Below, piece after piece: positions 1-7,910 of a stretch of 38,427 bases of DNA. Every line of letters starts with the position of its first letter. The stretch's first letter is position 1. The DNA is from Stellaceae bacterium (GTDB lineage: Bacteria > Pseudomonadota > Alphaproteobacteria > ATCC43930 > CGMCC-115725). The stretch spans positions 1 through 38,427 of the forward strand of contig DATLUT010000113.1 of the NCBI GenBank assembly GCA_035532975.1. Reading direction: 5' to 3'. The translations under genes and the position numbers were made by a program. Below the pieces are notes generated by a model. That model was not told the DNA's origin, made no database searches, and saw only the letters and a list, made by a program, of their open reading frames with translations.

Positions 1-845
1 AGGCCGCCGCCGACCAGCGCCGGCAGCGAAGCCGAGTGATGCGGATCACGGAACGGCCGCGCGCGCATCAGCTTGCCGTCGCGCAGCAATCCCGCGACCG
101 AGTGGATCATGCTGACCTCGAGTGCCTCGTCCGGCGCCAGCGGCGGCAGCAGTCCGGGCAGGCGCTGCGCCAACATCGACTTGCCGGCGCCCGGCGGCCC
201 GATCATCAAGAGGTTGTGGCCGCCGGCTGCGGCGACCTCGAGCGCGCGTTTGGCGCTTTCCTGGCCCTTGATCTCCTTGAGGTCGAGCGTCACGGCCGCG
301 CTTGCGGCGATCTTCGGCTCGGGCGCGCTCAGCAGCTGCGCGCCCTTGAAGTGATTGACCAGTGCCAGAAGCGACGGCGCCGCCAGGACCTCGATCTTAC
401 CGGCCCAGGCCGCCTCGCCGCCAGTCTCGCGCGGACAGATGAGGCCGCGGCCCGCCGCCGCCGCGCCGAGCGCCGCCGGTAGCACGCCGGCCACCGGCAA
501 CAGCGAACCGTCGAGCGCAATCTCGCCGAGTGCGACGAAACGTTCGAGTTCCTCGCCGGGTAGCACGCCCATCACCGCGAGCAATCCCAGCGCGATCGGC
601 AAATCGAAATGGCTGCCTTCCTTGAGCAGATCGGCCGGCGCGAGATTGACGGTGATGCGCTTGGCCGGCAGCGCCAGGCCCATCGCGGTCAGCGCGGCGC
701 GCACCCGCTCGCGTGATTCGCCGACCGCCTTGTCGGGCAACCCAACCACTGTAAATGCCGGCAGGCCGCCGGCTATGGTGACCTGGGCCTCGACCGCAAC
801 CGCTTCGATCCCTTGGAAGGCAACGGTTCGGATGCGCGCGACCAT
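1..845 (-). CDS. YifB/ComM-family Mg-chelatase-like AAA+ ATPase; only the N-terminal ~281 codons are present because the 3' end lies beyond the window start
   Basis: This gene is missing from the ORF track because it runs off the edge. My minus-strand translation from the ATG (complement of 843-845) reads [52 protein letters not shown]... Further on, in the same frame, it reads ...[48 protein letters not shown]...[19 protein letters not shown]. That gives a Walker A motif and the typical ComM/YifB layout. Confidence 0.85.
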   Translation of the reverse strand, partial: MVARIRTVAFQGIEAVAVEAQVTIAGGLPAFTVVGLPDKAVGESRERVRAALTAMGLALPAKRITVNLAPADLLKEGSHFDLPIALGLLAVMGVLPGEELERFVALGEIALDGSLLPVAGVLPAALGAAAAGRGLICPRETGGEAAWAGKIEVLAAPSLLALVNHFKGAQLLSAPEPKIAASAAVTLDLKEIKGQESAKRALEVAAAGGHNLLMIGPPGAGKSMLAQRLPGLLPPLAPDEALEVSMIHSVAGLLRDGKLMRARPFRDPHHSASLPALVGGG

Positions 846-967
846 GTTTCCCCCTCGTGCGCTCGCTCCGAGCCTATCGCGCAGCCGGACGCAGCGAAAG
901 CAGCATCGCGGAACCGCCGCGCCATGGTATCGTTTTGCTCTCGATTCCATCGCCACGGAGGAACGCC

Positions 968-1159
968 ATGGCGCCTCGAACCAAGCGCGGCCGGCGCAGC
1001 ACGGTCACGCGCGTGATGCGGGAATTCAAGGAAGGCCAGCTCAAGGGCGGCCGGGGCCGCCGCGGTAAAGTGAAAAGCCGCCGCCAGGCTGTCGCCATCG
1101 CCCTGTCGGAAGCCGGCGTGTCGCGGAACAAGCGGCCGAAGCGACGCAAATCGCGCTGA
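968..1159 (+). CDS. Small basic conserved protein (63 aa, DUF6496-like as far as I recall)
   Basis: This is the internal ATG of track ORF 857..1159, preceded by GGAGGA at 955-960. The product is [63 protein letters not shown]. The EFKxGxLKxG...[17 protein letters not shown] pattern is a widespread small-protein family. Confidence 0.6.
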   Translation: MAPRTKRGRRSTVTRVMREFKEGQLKGGRGRRGKVKSRRQAVAIALSEAGVSRNKRPKRRKSR

Positions 1160-1171
1160 CGCGCCGCCGGC

Positions 1172-1663
1172 TCAGCGACTCGCGAGCGCGTCGCGCCAGC
1201 GCGCGAGGGCGTCGGCGAGTTCGCGATAGAGCCGCCGCCGCTCGACAGGCGAGAGGAAGGCGCCGAGCGCCAGGCGCTTGCCGTGCGAGGTGACCGCCAG
1301 GCGGTTCTCATCCTCGTCGGCCTCCTCGAAAACGAGTCGCGCCCAGACCGGTTCGAAACGCCAGTGGCGCCGGTCGCCGCGCACGCCGATGCGCTCGACC
1401 GTCAGGTCGGACGCGGTCAGCCGCACGTGCTCGACTTTGCGCGCGCTGCGATAGCTGGCGCGGAAGGCTAGATAGACGAGGGCAACGTCGAGGCCGAAGA
1501 AGCCGGTCACCGGCCAGGCGCCGAGCATGATGCAGCCGACAGACATGACGAAAGACGCGCCGGCCAGCACGGCCATGACGACGCCGAAGCCGCGCGGCGG
1601 CAGGCTGCGATAGGGCTGCAGCCGCGCGTCGAAGAACACGGGGGCGGCTTCCGTGGCGCTCAT
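1172..1663 (-). CDS. DUF2244-type integral membrane protein
   Basis: Track ORF of 163 aa. It has two adjacent TM helices (FGVVMAVLAGASFVMSVGCIMLGAWPVTGFFGLDVALVYLAF) followed by a soluble tail, and its codon usage matches the neighbouring genes. Confidence 0.7.
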   Translation of the reverse strand: MSATEAAPVFFDARLQPYRSLPPRGFGVVMAVLAGASFVMSVGCIMLGAWPVTGFFGLDVALVYLAFRASYRSARKVEHVRLTASDLTVERIGVRGDRRHWRFEPVWARLVFEEADEDENRLAVTSHGKRLALGAFLSPVERRRLYRELADALARWRDALASR

Positions 1664-1688
1664 GGCTCGGTCATATTAGGGTCGGGTT

Positions 1689-2453
1689 ATGGCTCGCATG
1701 TCAAAAGAGAACGTCGCCCGGTTCTTTGCGTTGCTTGCGGCCGAGCGGCCGGACCCGACGACGGAACTGCAATACATCAATCCCTACACGCTGCTTGTCG
1801 CCGTGGTTCTCTCTGCCCAGGCGACCGACGTCGGCGTCAACAAGGCGACCGTCGAGCTGTTCAAGGTCGCCGACACGCCGGCAAAGATGGTCGCGCTCGG
1901 CGAAGCGAAGCTGCGCGACTATATCAAGACCATCGGCCTCTATCGCACCAAGGCGGCGAACGTCATCCGGCTCTCCGAGATGCTGGTGGAGAAACACGGC
2001 GGCGAAGTGCCGGCCAACCGCGAGGCGCTCGAGGCGTTGCCCGGCGTCGGGCGCAAGACCGCCAACGTCGTGCTCAACGTTGTGTTCGGCCAGCCGACCA
2101 TCGCCGTCGACACGCATATCTTCCGTCTCGCGAATCGCACGGGCCTTGCGCCCGGCGAGGATCCGCGCGCGGTCGAAGAGGCGCTGGAGCGGGTGGTGCC
2201 GGACCAGTATCTCCGGCACGCGCATCATTGGCTGATCCTGCACGGCCGCTACGTCTGCACGGCGCGCAATCCGAAATGCGAGGCCTGCGTCGTCAGTCAT
2301 CTCTGCCTCTACGAGGCAAAGACGACGCTCGGCGATCCGGCAAAGGCTAAGGCTTCGCCAGCACGTCGGCCATCGCGTAGAGCCCCGGCTTCTTCTTTGC
2401 GAGCCAGAGGGCGGCGCGCACCGCGCCGCGCGCGAAGACCCGGCGCGAAGTAA
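1689..2453 (+). CDS. nth: Endonuclease III (DNA-(apurinic/apyrimidinic site) lyase)
   Basis: HhH-GPD region (LPGVGRKTANVVL) and a C-terminal 4Fe-4S loop CX6CX2CX5C (CTARNPKCEACVVSHLC). The reading frame stays open for 48 aa after the last Cys and runs antisense into dapB. Confidence 0.9.
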   Translation: MARMSKENVARFFALLAAERPDPTTELQYINPYTLLVAVVLSAQATDVGVNKATVELFKVADTPAKMVALGEAKLRDYIKTIGLYRTKAANVIRLSEMLVEKHGGEVPANREALEALPGVGRKTANVVLNVVFGQPTIAVDTHIFRLANRTGLAPGEDPRAVEEALERVVPDQYLRHAHHWLILHGRYVCTARNPKCEACVVSHLCLYEAKTTLGDPAKAKASPARRPSRRAPASSLRARGRRAPRRARRPGAK

Positions 2454-3156
2454 CGCGGTGGGCGAGCTCGATCACCTCGCCCGCTCCCGCGAACATCACT
2501 TTGTGCAGGCCCACTTCGTCGCCGCCGCGCAACACCGCGAAGCCGATGTCGCCCGCCTTGCGCGGTCCGGTGATGCCGTCACGCGCGGCAACGCGCTTCT
2601 TGCCGAGATCGGTGCCACGCCCCGCCGCGGCCTCGCGGCCGAGCGCGAGCGCGGTGCCCGACGGCGCATCGACCTTGTGGCGATGGTGCATCTCGAGAAT
2701 CTCGATGTCGTATTCGGGTCCGAGCTGCGTCGCCGCTTCGCGCACCAGCTTCAACAGCAGATTGACGCCGACGCTCATGTTGGGCGCCCATAGGATCGGC
2801 GCCTTGCGGGCGGCCTGCTTGAGCGCGCTCGTTTGCGCGGTGTCGAGGCCGGTGGTGCCAATCACCAGCGCCTTGCCCGTGGCGGCCGCGATCTTCGCGT
2901 GGCCGACGCTGGCCGCGGGCGCGGAGAAGTCGATCACCGCGTCGGCGATCCGGAAGAGACCGAGGGCATCGCTGCCCGCCTTGATGCCGAGGGCGCCGAC
3001 GCCGGCAAGGTCGCCCAGGTCGCGACCCAGGTAAGGGCTGTCCGGCGCGTCGATGCCGCCGGCGAGGCGGATGTCCTTGGTCTCCAGCAGTTCGAGCGCC
3101 ACCATGCGGCCCATCCGCCCGCTGCAGCCGGAAATTCCGATCTTGAGTTCGGCCAT
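2347..3156 (-). CDS. dapB: 4-hydroxy-tetrahydrodipicolinate reductase
   Basis: The start is trimmed to MAELKIGISGCSGRMGRMV (aa 82 of the 350-aa track ORF; complement of 3154-3156). The signature EMHHRHKVDAPSGTAL is present. Confidence 0.9.
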   Translation of the reverse strand: MAELKIGISGCSGRMGRMVALELLETKDIRLAGGIDAPDSPYLGRDLGDLAGVGALGIKAGSDALGLFRIADAVIDFSAPAASVGHAKIAAATGKALVIGTTGLDTAQTSALKQAARKAPILWAPNMSVGVNLLLKLVREAATQLGPEYDIEILEMHHRHKVDAPSGTALALGREAAAGRGTDLGKKRVAARDGITGPRKAGDIGFAVLRGGDEVGLHKVMFAGAGEVIELAHRVTSRRVFARGAVRAALWLAKKKPGLYAMADVLAKP

Positions 3157-3214
3157 TGCTGCCCCCGTCGACTGAAACTCCGCGAAGGGCGCTGCAAATG
3201 CAAGCGCGGCGGGG

Positions 3215-3403
3215 TCAGGGCGACATCGACCGTGTTGCCGGCGGCGGCTCGGGCTGCAGGCGGAAGATGGCGTTGATCGCGCGTACGGGACCGACATTCG
3301 GATGGTTGACCACGACGACGCCGAGAATAATGACGGCGACGGCGAGCAAGCCGACGAGGAAATAACGGCCGTCACCCGGCTCGGGCGCGAGAGGTCCATC
3401 CAT
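3215..3403 (-). CDS. Hypothetical single-pass membrane mini-protein (62 aa)
   Basis: Internal start MDGPLAPEPGDGRYFLVGLLAVAVIILGVVVVNHPN..., preceded on the minus strand by GGAGGGGAAG. It has one clear TM helix. I do not recognise a homologue. Confidence 0.35.
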   Translation of the reverse strand: MDGPLAPEPGDGRYFLVGLLAVAVIILGVVVVNHPNVGPVRAINAIFRLQPEPPPATRSMSP

Positions 3404-3461
3404 CTTCCCCTCCATGCAGAGTCGCGTCTGATTCGGCGGGCAGTCCGCCGGCGCGGGCACT

Positions 3462-3635
3462 TCAGTGCGCCGCGGTTGCGTCCTTTGCCGTCGGCGGCAC
3501 CGGATGCGTCGCCTGGGTTGGGCCGCTGCGATGGACGGAAAGACCGCTGAACAACCAGATCATCGCGCCGACCACCACCACCAGCACGACGACGAAGACT
3601 GAACCGTGCAGATCCTTACGCCGAGACTGGGCCAT
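3462..3635 (-). CDS. Hypothetical single-pass membrane mini-protein (57 aa)
   Basis: This is the C-terminal part of the spurious-looking 300-aa track ORF: MAQSRRKDLHGSVFVVVLVVVVGAMIWLFSGLSVHRSGPTQATHPVPPTAKDATAAH. It has one TM helix and a weak RBS. Confidence 0.3.
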   Translation of the reverse strand: MAQSRRKDLHGSVFVVVLVVVVGAMIWLFSGLSVHRSGPTQATHPVPPTAKDATAAH

Positions 3636-3725
3636 GCGACTCGTTCTTCGGTGGTAACGCCGGCCCGGCGCGCCGGTTCCGCGCCCCTTCCCACTGTCCG
3701 CCGCATCCTCTAAACCATCGGCTGC

Positions 3726-5288
3726 ATGGCCCTTCTGCGCTCGGTCGCGACCGTCGGCGGCTACACGATGGTGAGCCGCGTTCTGGGCTTCGTCCGCGAC
3801 GTCCTCATGGCGCAGTTCATGGGCGCCGGGCCGGTGGCCGACGCCTTCTTCGTCGCGCTGCGCCTGCCCAACCTGTTCCGCAGCCTCTTCGCCGAGGGTG
3901 CCTTCAGCGCAGCCTTCGTGCCGATTTTCGCCGGGATGATGGCGAAGGACGGTCGCGAGCAGGCGCGCCACTTCGCCGAAGAGGCGATCGCGGCGCTGAC
4001 AACGGTGCTTTTCGTCTTCGTGCTGGCCTGCGAGATCTTCACGCCCGCGCTGTTGCACGTGCTGGCGCCGGGTTTTGCCGCCGAGCCGGAAAAGTTTGCT
4101 GTCACCGTCACGTTCACGCGCATCACGTTTCCTTATCTGCTGTTCATCTCGCTGGTGGCGCTCCAGGGCGGCGTGCTCAATTCGCTCGAGCGCTTCGCCG
4201 CGACGGCGGTCGCGCCGGTGCTGCTCAACCTGTTCCTGATCGGCACGTTGCTGCTGGTGCGGCCGGTCAGCGGCGTGGCGCTGAGTTGGGCCGTCATGTC
4301 TGCCGGATTCGCGCAATTCGTGTGGCTGATGGCCTCGTGTCACCGTGCGGGCGTTGCGCTGCATTTTCCGCGGCCGCGTTGGACGCCCGCCTTGAAGCGC
4401 CTGGTCAGGTTGATGGGTCCGGGCATCGTCGGCGCCGGCGTCACGCAGCTCAACCTTGTCGTCTCGACGGCGGTTGCCTCGCTGTTGCCGACCGGCGCGG
4501 TGTCATACCTCTATTACGCCGACCGGTTGAACCAACTGCCGCTCGCCGTCGTCGGCACCGCGGTTGGCACAGCGATCCTGCCGTCGCTGTCGCGCCAGGT
4601 GCGCACCGGCGATGTGACCGGGGCGGTCACGACGCAAAACCGCGGCCTCGAACTGGCGCTGCTGCTGACCGTGCCGGCGGCCGTCGCGCTCGGCGTGCTG
4701 GCGCAGCCGCTGCTCGCGACGCTGTTTGAGCGCGGCGCGTTCGGGCCGGCCGACGTGCGCGCGACCGCCGGCGCGCTGGCGGCTTATGCTGCGGGGTTGC
4801 CGGCCTTCGTCCTGGTCAAGGTGCTGGCGCCCGCCTTCTTTGCGCGGCACGACACGACGACGCCGGTCAAGATTGCAGTCGTCGCCGTCGCGGCCAATTT
4901 CGCGCTGACGCTACTGCTCGGCGTGGCGCTGCCCTTCGCCTATGTCGGCGTCGCCTGCGCCACGTCGACCGCCGGCTGGATCAACGCCCTGTCGCTGCTC
5001 TGGCTGCTGCATCGGCGCGCGCACTTCCGGCTCGACGCGCGCTGTCGCTCGCGCATCCCGCGCATCCTGGCGGCAGCGATGCTGATGGGCGCGGTGCTGG
5101 TCGCGCTCGGCATTCCGCTGGCGCCCTATTTCGGCGCGAGCCAGGTCGTCCGCCTCGCCGCGTTGGTGGCACTGATCGCCGCCGGGCTTGGCGCCTTCGC
5201 GATCTTCGCGCTGGCGCTCGGCGCGGCGGATCGGAGCGTGTTCGGCCATCGTCTCGGGCTTGACCTCACGGCCCGGCGGCGGCAATAA
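3726..5288 (+). CDS. murJ: Lipid II flippase MurJ (MviN)
   Basis: The N-terminus [51 protein letters not shown] is the canonical MurJ start. The protein is 520 aa and polytopic. Confidence 0.92.
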   Translation: MALLRSVATVGGYTMVSRVLGFVRDVLMAQFMGAGPVADAFFVALRLPNLFRSLFAEGAFSAAFVPIFAGMMAKDGREQARHFAEEAIAALTTVLFVFVLACEIFTPALLHVLAPGFAAEPEKFAVTVTFTRITFPYLLFISLVALQGGVLNSLERFAATAVAPVLLNLFLIGTLLLVRPVSGVALSWAVMSAGFAQFVWLMASCHRAGVALHFPRPRWTPALKRLVRLMGPGIVGAGVTQLNLVVSTAVASLLPTGAVSYLYYADRLNQLPLAVVGTAVGTAILPSLSRQVRTGDVTGAVTTQNRGLELALLLTVPAAVALGVLAQPLLATLFERGAFGPADVRATAGALAAYAAGLPAFVLVKVLAPAFFARHDTTTPVKIAVVAVAANFALTLLLGVALPFAYVGVACATSTAGWINALSLLWLLHRRAHFRLDARCRSRIPRILAAAMLMGAVLVALGIPLAPYFGASQVVRLAALVALIAAGLGAFAIFALALGAADRSVFGHRLGLDLTARRRQ

Positions 5289-5323
5289 CGGCCGCACCCG
5301 CGCCCTCCATCAGTGACGACGGC

Positions 5324-6322
5324 ATGAAACGCATCTTCTCGGGCGTCCAGCCCACCGGCAACCTGCACCTCGGCAACTATCTCGGCGCGATCCGCAACTG
5401 GGTCCAGCTGCAGAAGGATTTTGACTGCATCTTCTGCATCGTCGACCTGCATGCGCTGACATTGCCGCAGGATCCGAAGGAGCTCACCGCCCAGACGCGC
5501 GAGGTCACCGCGGCCTATATCGCTGCCGGCATCGATCCCGAGCGCTGCATCATCTTCAATCAGTCGACCGTGCCCGGCCACGCCGAGCTCGCTTGGCTGT
5601 TGGGCACGCTCACGCCGCTTGGCTGGCTCAACCGCATGACGCAGTTCAAGGAGAAGGCGGGCAAGCATCGCGAGGAAGCCGGGCTCGGCCTCTATTCCTA
5701 TCCGGTGCTGATGGCGGCCGACATTCTGCTCTACAAGGCGACGCACGTGCCGGTGGGCGAGGACCAGAAGCAGCATCTCGAGCTGGCGCGCGACGTCGCC
5801 GGCGCCTTCAACCGGCGCTTCGGCGTCGAATTTTTTCCTCTCCCCGAGCCCCAAATATTCGGCGCCGGCACGCGCGTGATGAGCCTCCGCGATGGCACCA
5901 AGAAGATGTCGAAATCCGACACCTCGGATTATTCGCGTCTCAACATGACCGATGACGCGGCGGCAATCGCGCTCAAGATCCGCAAGGCCAAGACCGACCC
6001 GCAGCCGCTGCCGGCGACGGAGAACGAGGCTGAGGCGCGGCCCGAGGCGGCCAATCTACTCGGCATCTACGCCGCGCTCTCCGGCGTGTCGCTCGCCGAG
6101 GTCGTCCAGCGATTCGCGGGCTGGAACTTCTCCGACTTCAAGGCCGAGCTCGCCGACCTGGCGGCTGATGTCTGCGGCCGCATCGCCGTCGAGATGAAGC
6201 GGCTGATGGCCGATCCCGGCTATATCGACGGCATCCTGAAGCGTGGTGCCGAGCGCGCCAATGCGATCGCCGAGCCGGTGCTGCGCGACGTCTTCGACGT
6301 CATGGGCCTGCTGCGGCCGTAA
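5324..6322 (+). CDS. trpS: Tryptophan--tRNA ligase
   Basis: Class I signatures are present: a HIGH-type motif ([11 protein letters not shown]) and KMSKS (KKMSKSD). Length 332 aa. Confidence 0.95.
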   Translation: MKRIFSGVQPTGNLHLGNYLGAIRNWVQLQKDFDCIFCIVDLHALTLPQDPKELTAQTREVTAAYIAAGIDPERCIIFNQSTVPGHAELAWLLGTLTPLGWLNRMTQFKEKAGKHREEAGLGLYSYPVLMAADILLYKATHVPVGEDQKQHLELARDVAGAFNRRFGVEFFPLPEPQIFGAGTRVMSLRDGTKKMSKSDTSDYSRLNMTDDAAAIALKIRKAKTDPQPLPATENEAEARPEAANLLGIYAALSGVSLAEVVQRFAGWNFSDFKAELADLAADVCGRIAVEMKRLMADPGYIDGILKRGAERANAIAEPVLRDVFDVMGLLRP

Positions 6323-6361
6323 TTGTGTCGGCTCGGGACCGAGCCGAAAGGGGGAACAAGG

Positions 6362-6939
6362 ATGCGCAGAGCCGCCATCGTGCGCCGGTCCGCGATCGCC
6401 GCGGCCGGATTCGCGCTGCTGGTCGCGACCAGTGCTCACGCCACGTCACTCCAGAACGAAAACCTGATCACGCCCTGCCGACGGGATTCAAAATCGGCTG
6501 GCGGAAGATCATCCCCAATCGCATGACCATGGTCGAATACGTTCCATCGGGCGAGACAGTCAACGACTGGTCGCGGACGGTTACCATGCAGGTCTTCTTT
6601 CATCTCAGTAACATCGATCCCGATCGATATATCGCTGGCGTTGCCAATCACTGGCGCGCCGGCTGTCCGGGCGGCGACGGTAAGAAAGTCTTCGGAGGCT
6701 TCGAGAACGGCTTCGCGACCGCGCTATGGTTTCTCGCCTGTCCGCGCAACCCGCAGACCGGAAAGCCGGAGAACACGTTCTTCAAGGCGATCAGCGGACA
6801 GGACAGCCTTTACGTCGTCCAGTACGCCTATCGCCGGACGCTGTCGCGAGACGTGGCAACGCCGGGCCTCCGATATTTGAAGACAGTGTTTGCTTGCGAC
6901 ACGCGGCGCGCCGATCGCCCATGTCCGAAACTGCCGTGA
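6362..6939 (+). pseudogene. Secreted protein of unknown function that is apparently frameshifted; the signal peptide and the mature part are in different frames
   Basis: A GGGGGAACAAGG RBS precedes the ATG at 6362, which encodes MRRAAIVRRSAIAAAGFALLVATSAHA/TSLQNENLIT. That frame stops at 6526. The only long ORF (6325..6939) is in the -1 frame and carries the plausible mature protein LPTGFKIGWRKIIPNRMTMVEYVPSGETVNDWSRTVTMQVFF... Its own N-terminus, as drawn in the track (MSARDRAERGNKDAQSRHRAPVRDRRGR...), looks like non-coding read-through. The switch must lie between about 6445 and 6526. Confidence 0.5.
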
Positions 6940-6944
6940 GCCGG

Positions 6945-6963
6945 TCACGTTCGTAGAACGTGA
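6945..6963 (+). other. Perfect 8-bp-arm inverted repeat TCACGTTC-GTA-GAACGTGA, 6 nt after the stop of the secreted-protein gene
   Basis: Read directly from the sequence. There is no downstream T-run, so it is either a non-canonical terminator hairpin or a protein-binding site. Confidence 0.3.
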
Positions 6964-7042
6964 TGCGCGGGCCAACCTGGCCGAGTTGATCCCGCTATAT
7001 CGCCGGGTGGACCTGCTGCGACGGTAAGCCCCGGTCACGGAT

Positions 7043-7075
7043 TTGACACTCTGGCATACCAGTGGTATACCAGAG
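7043..7075 (+). promoter_or_regulatory. Sigma70-like promoter (TTGACA-17 nt-TATACC) overlaid by a 27-bp near-perfect palindrome (putative operator)
   Basis: TTGACA is at 7043-7048 and TATACC at 7066-7071. The palindrome CTCTGGcATACCAgTGGTATaCCAGAG spans 7049-7075, with 12 of 13 symmetric positions pairing. The -10 is imperfect because it lacks the final T. Confidence 0.35.
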
Positions 7076-7228
7076 CAGGTCAGGGTTGTGCGCAACGCAG
7101 GCCGAAATGACCTAAATCAATGCAGGGAAAGGGCTTTTCGGCCCTAATCCCGGTCAAGACAAGAGGGCGGAACGCCGCGTCAATTCGGGCAGCTAAACCG
7201 GCCGCAAAGGCTGGAAGGGGTGTCAGCC

Positions 7229-7357
7229 ATGTGGAACGCAATCAACGGAATGACCGGCCATGGGGTGATCGGTCCGACGCTGGGCCTGATCTGGCTCGCG
7301 GGCTTGGCTATCGCAACCTACGCCTGGTTGACCCTGCCGGGTCATCGTCACCGCTAA
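7229..7357 (+). CDS. Hypothetical 42-aa hydrophobic peptide
   Basis: This ORF is too short for the ORF track. The product is MWNAINGMTGHGVIGPTLGLIWLAGLAIATYAWLTLPGHRHR. GGAAGGGG lies 8-15 nt upstream, third codon positions are mostly G/C, and there is one TM helix with a basic C-terminus. Confidence 0.3.
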   Translation: MWNAINGMTGHGVIGPTLGLIWLAGLAIATYAWLTLPGHRHR

Positions 7358-7379
7358 TCTCGGGTGCGGACGCCGGCGC

Positions 7380-7790
7380 TCAGCCGAGCGCCGCGGCGCC
7401 CGCCGCCGCCACCTGTCCGTCCTGTGCCGAGTTTGCGCCCGACACGCCGAACGCGCCGATCACCTTGCCGCCCACGAGGAGCGGAACGCCGCCCTCGATC
7501 GGCAGCACACCCGGCAGACTCGCGAGATGCGTCCTGCCGCTGGCATAAGCGTCCTCCCAGAACTTGGTCGGGCGCTTGAACATCACCGCGGCACGCGCCT
7601 TGGCGATCGACACCTCGACACTGGCGAGGCCGGTCTCGTCCATGCGCGCGAGATGCAGCAGATGCCCGCCTTCGTCGACGACGGTCATGGTGACGTTGAG
7701 GCTGTGTTTGCGCGCCTCGGCCTCCGCGGCGGCGACAATGGCGCGCGCGGCGGTGAGGGTGAGGGCTTTCCTGTCGGCGAGATTGGCCAT
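7380..7790 (-). CDS. GlcG/HbpS-like heme-binding protein (DUF336)
   Basis: The start is trimmed to MANLADRKALTLTAARAIVAAAEAEARK..., preceded by a GGGAGA RBS. The typical ...VVDEGGHLLHLARMD...SIAKARAAV...GGVPL..GGKVIGAFGVSGA pattern is present. Confidence 0.8.
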   Translation of the reverse strand: MANLADRKALTLTAARAIVAAAEAEARKHSLNVTMTVVDEGGHLLHLARMDETGLASVEVSIAKARAAVMFKRPTKFWEDAYASGRTHLASLPGVLPIEGGVPLLVGGKVIGAFGVSGANSAQDGQVAAAGAAALG

Positions 7791-7910
7791 GCCGGTCTCC
7801 CTTGGGGCGGTGCCGCGATCATAGCCGGCGCGCCAGCCGGCGCGACAGATGCGAGAATGCAGGCCAAAGCGCTTTGTCGCACGCGAGTTGCGACTATAAA
7901 ATGCCGCATC

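Noticed and set aside
6941-7039. A 9-nt direct repeat CCGGTCACG at 6941-6949 and 7031-7039, considered as a possible target-site duplication or mobile-element scar.
   Set aside because: No inverted terminal repeats, transposase remnant or other mobile-element feature lies between or around the copies. A single 9-mer repeat within a few hundred bp of GC-biased DNA is not clearly beyond chance.
7053-7069. A sigma-54 promoter reading of TGGCATACCAGTGGTAT (TGGCAT as the -24 element).
   Set aside because: The -12 position reads TGGTA instead of TTGC(A/T). No enhancer-binding-protein gene or target operon is nearby. The palindrome/sigma70 interpretation explains the whole 33-bp element better.
7078-7228. 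A cobalamin or other known riboswitch in the long leader (AGGGAA...AATCCC resembles part of the B12 element).
   Set aside because: There is no B12 box (GCCACTG). There are no TPP (CTGAGA), SAM-II, fluoride or glycine signature stretches. The downstream ORF is not a plausible riboswitch-controlled gene. The resemblance is limited to short G-rich words.
7120-7548. The 142-aa plus-strand ORF spanning the islet spacer and the 3' end of the glcG-like gene.
   Set aside because: Its second half is antisense to the well-supported GlcG-like gene. Its composition is Ala/Pro/Arg-rich, it has no RBS, and the shorter 42-codon ORF in another frame has better start-site context.
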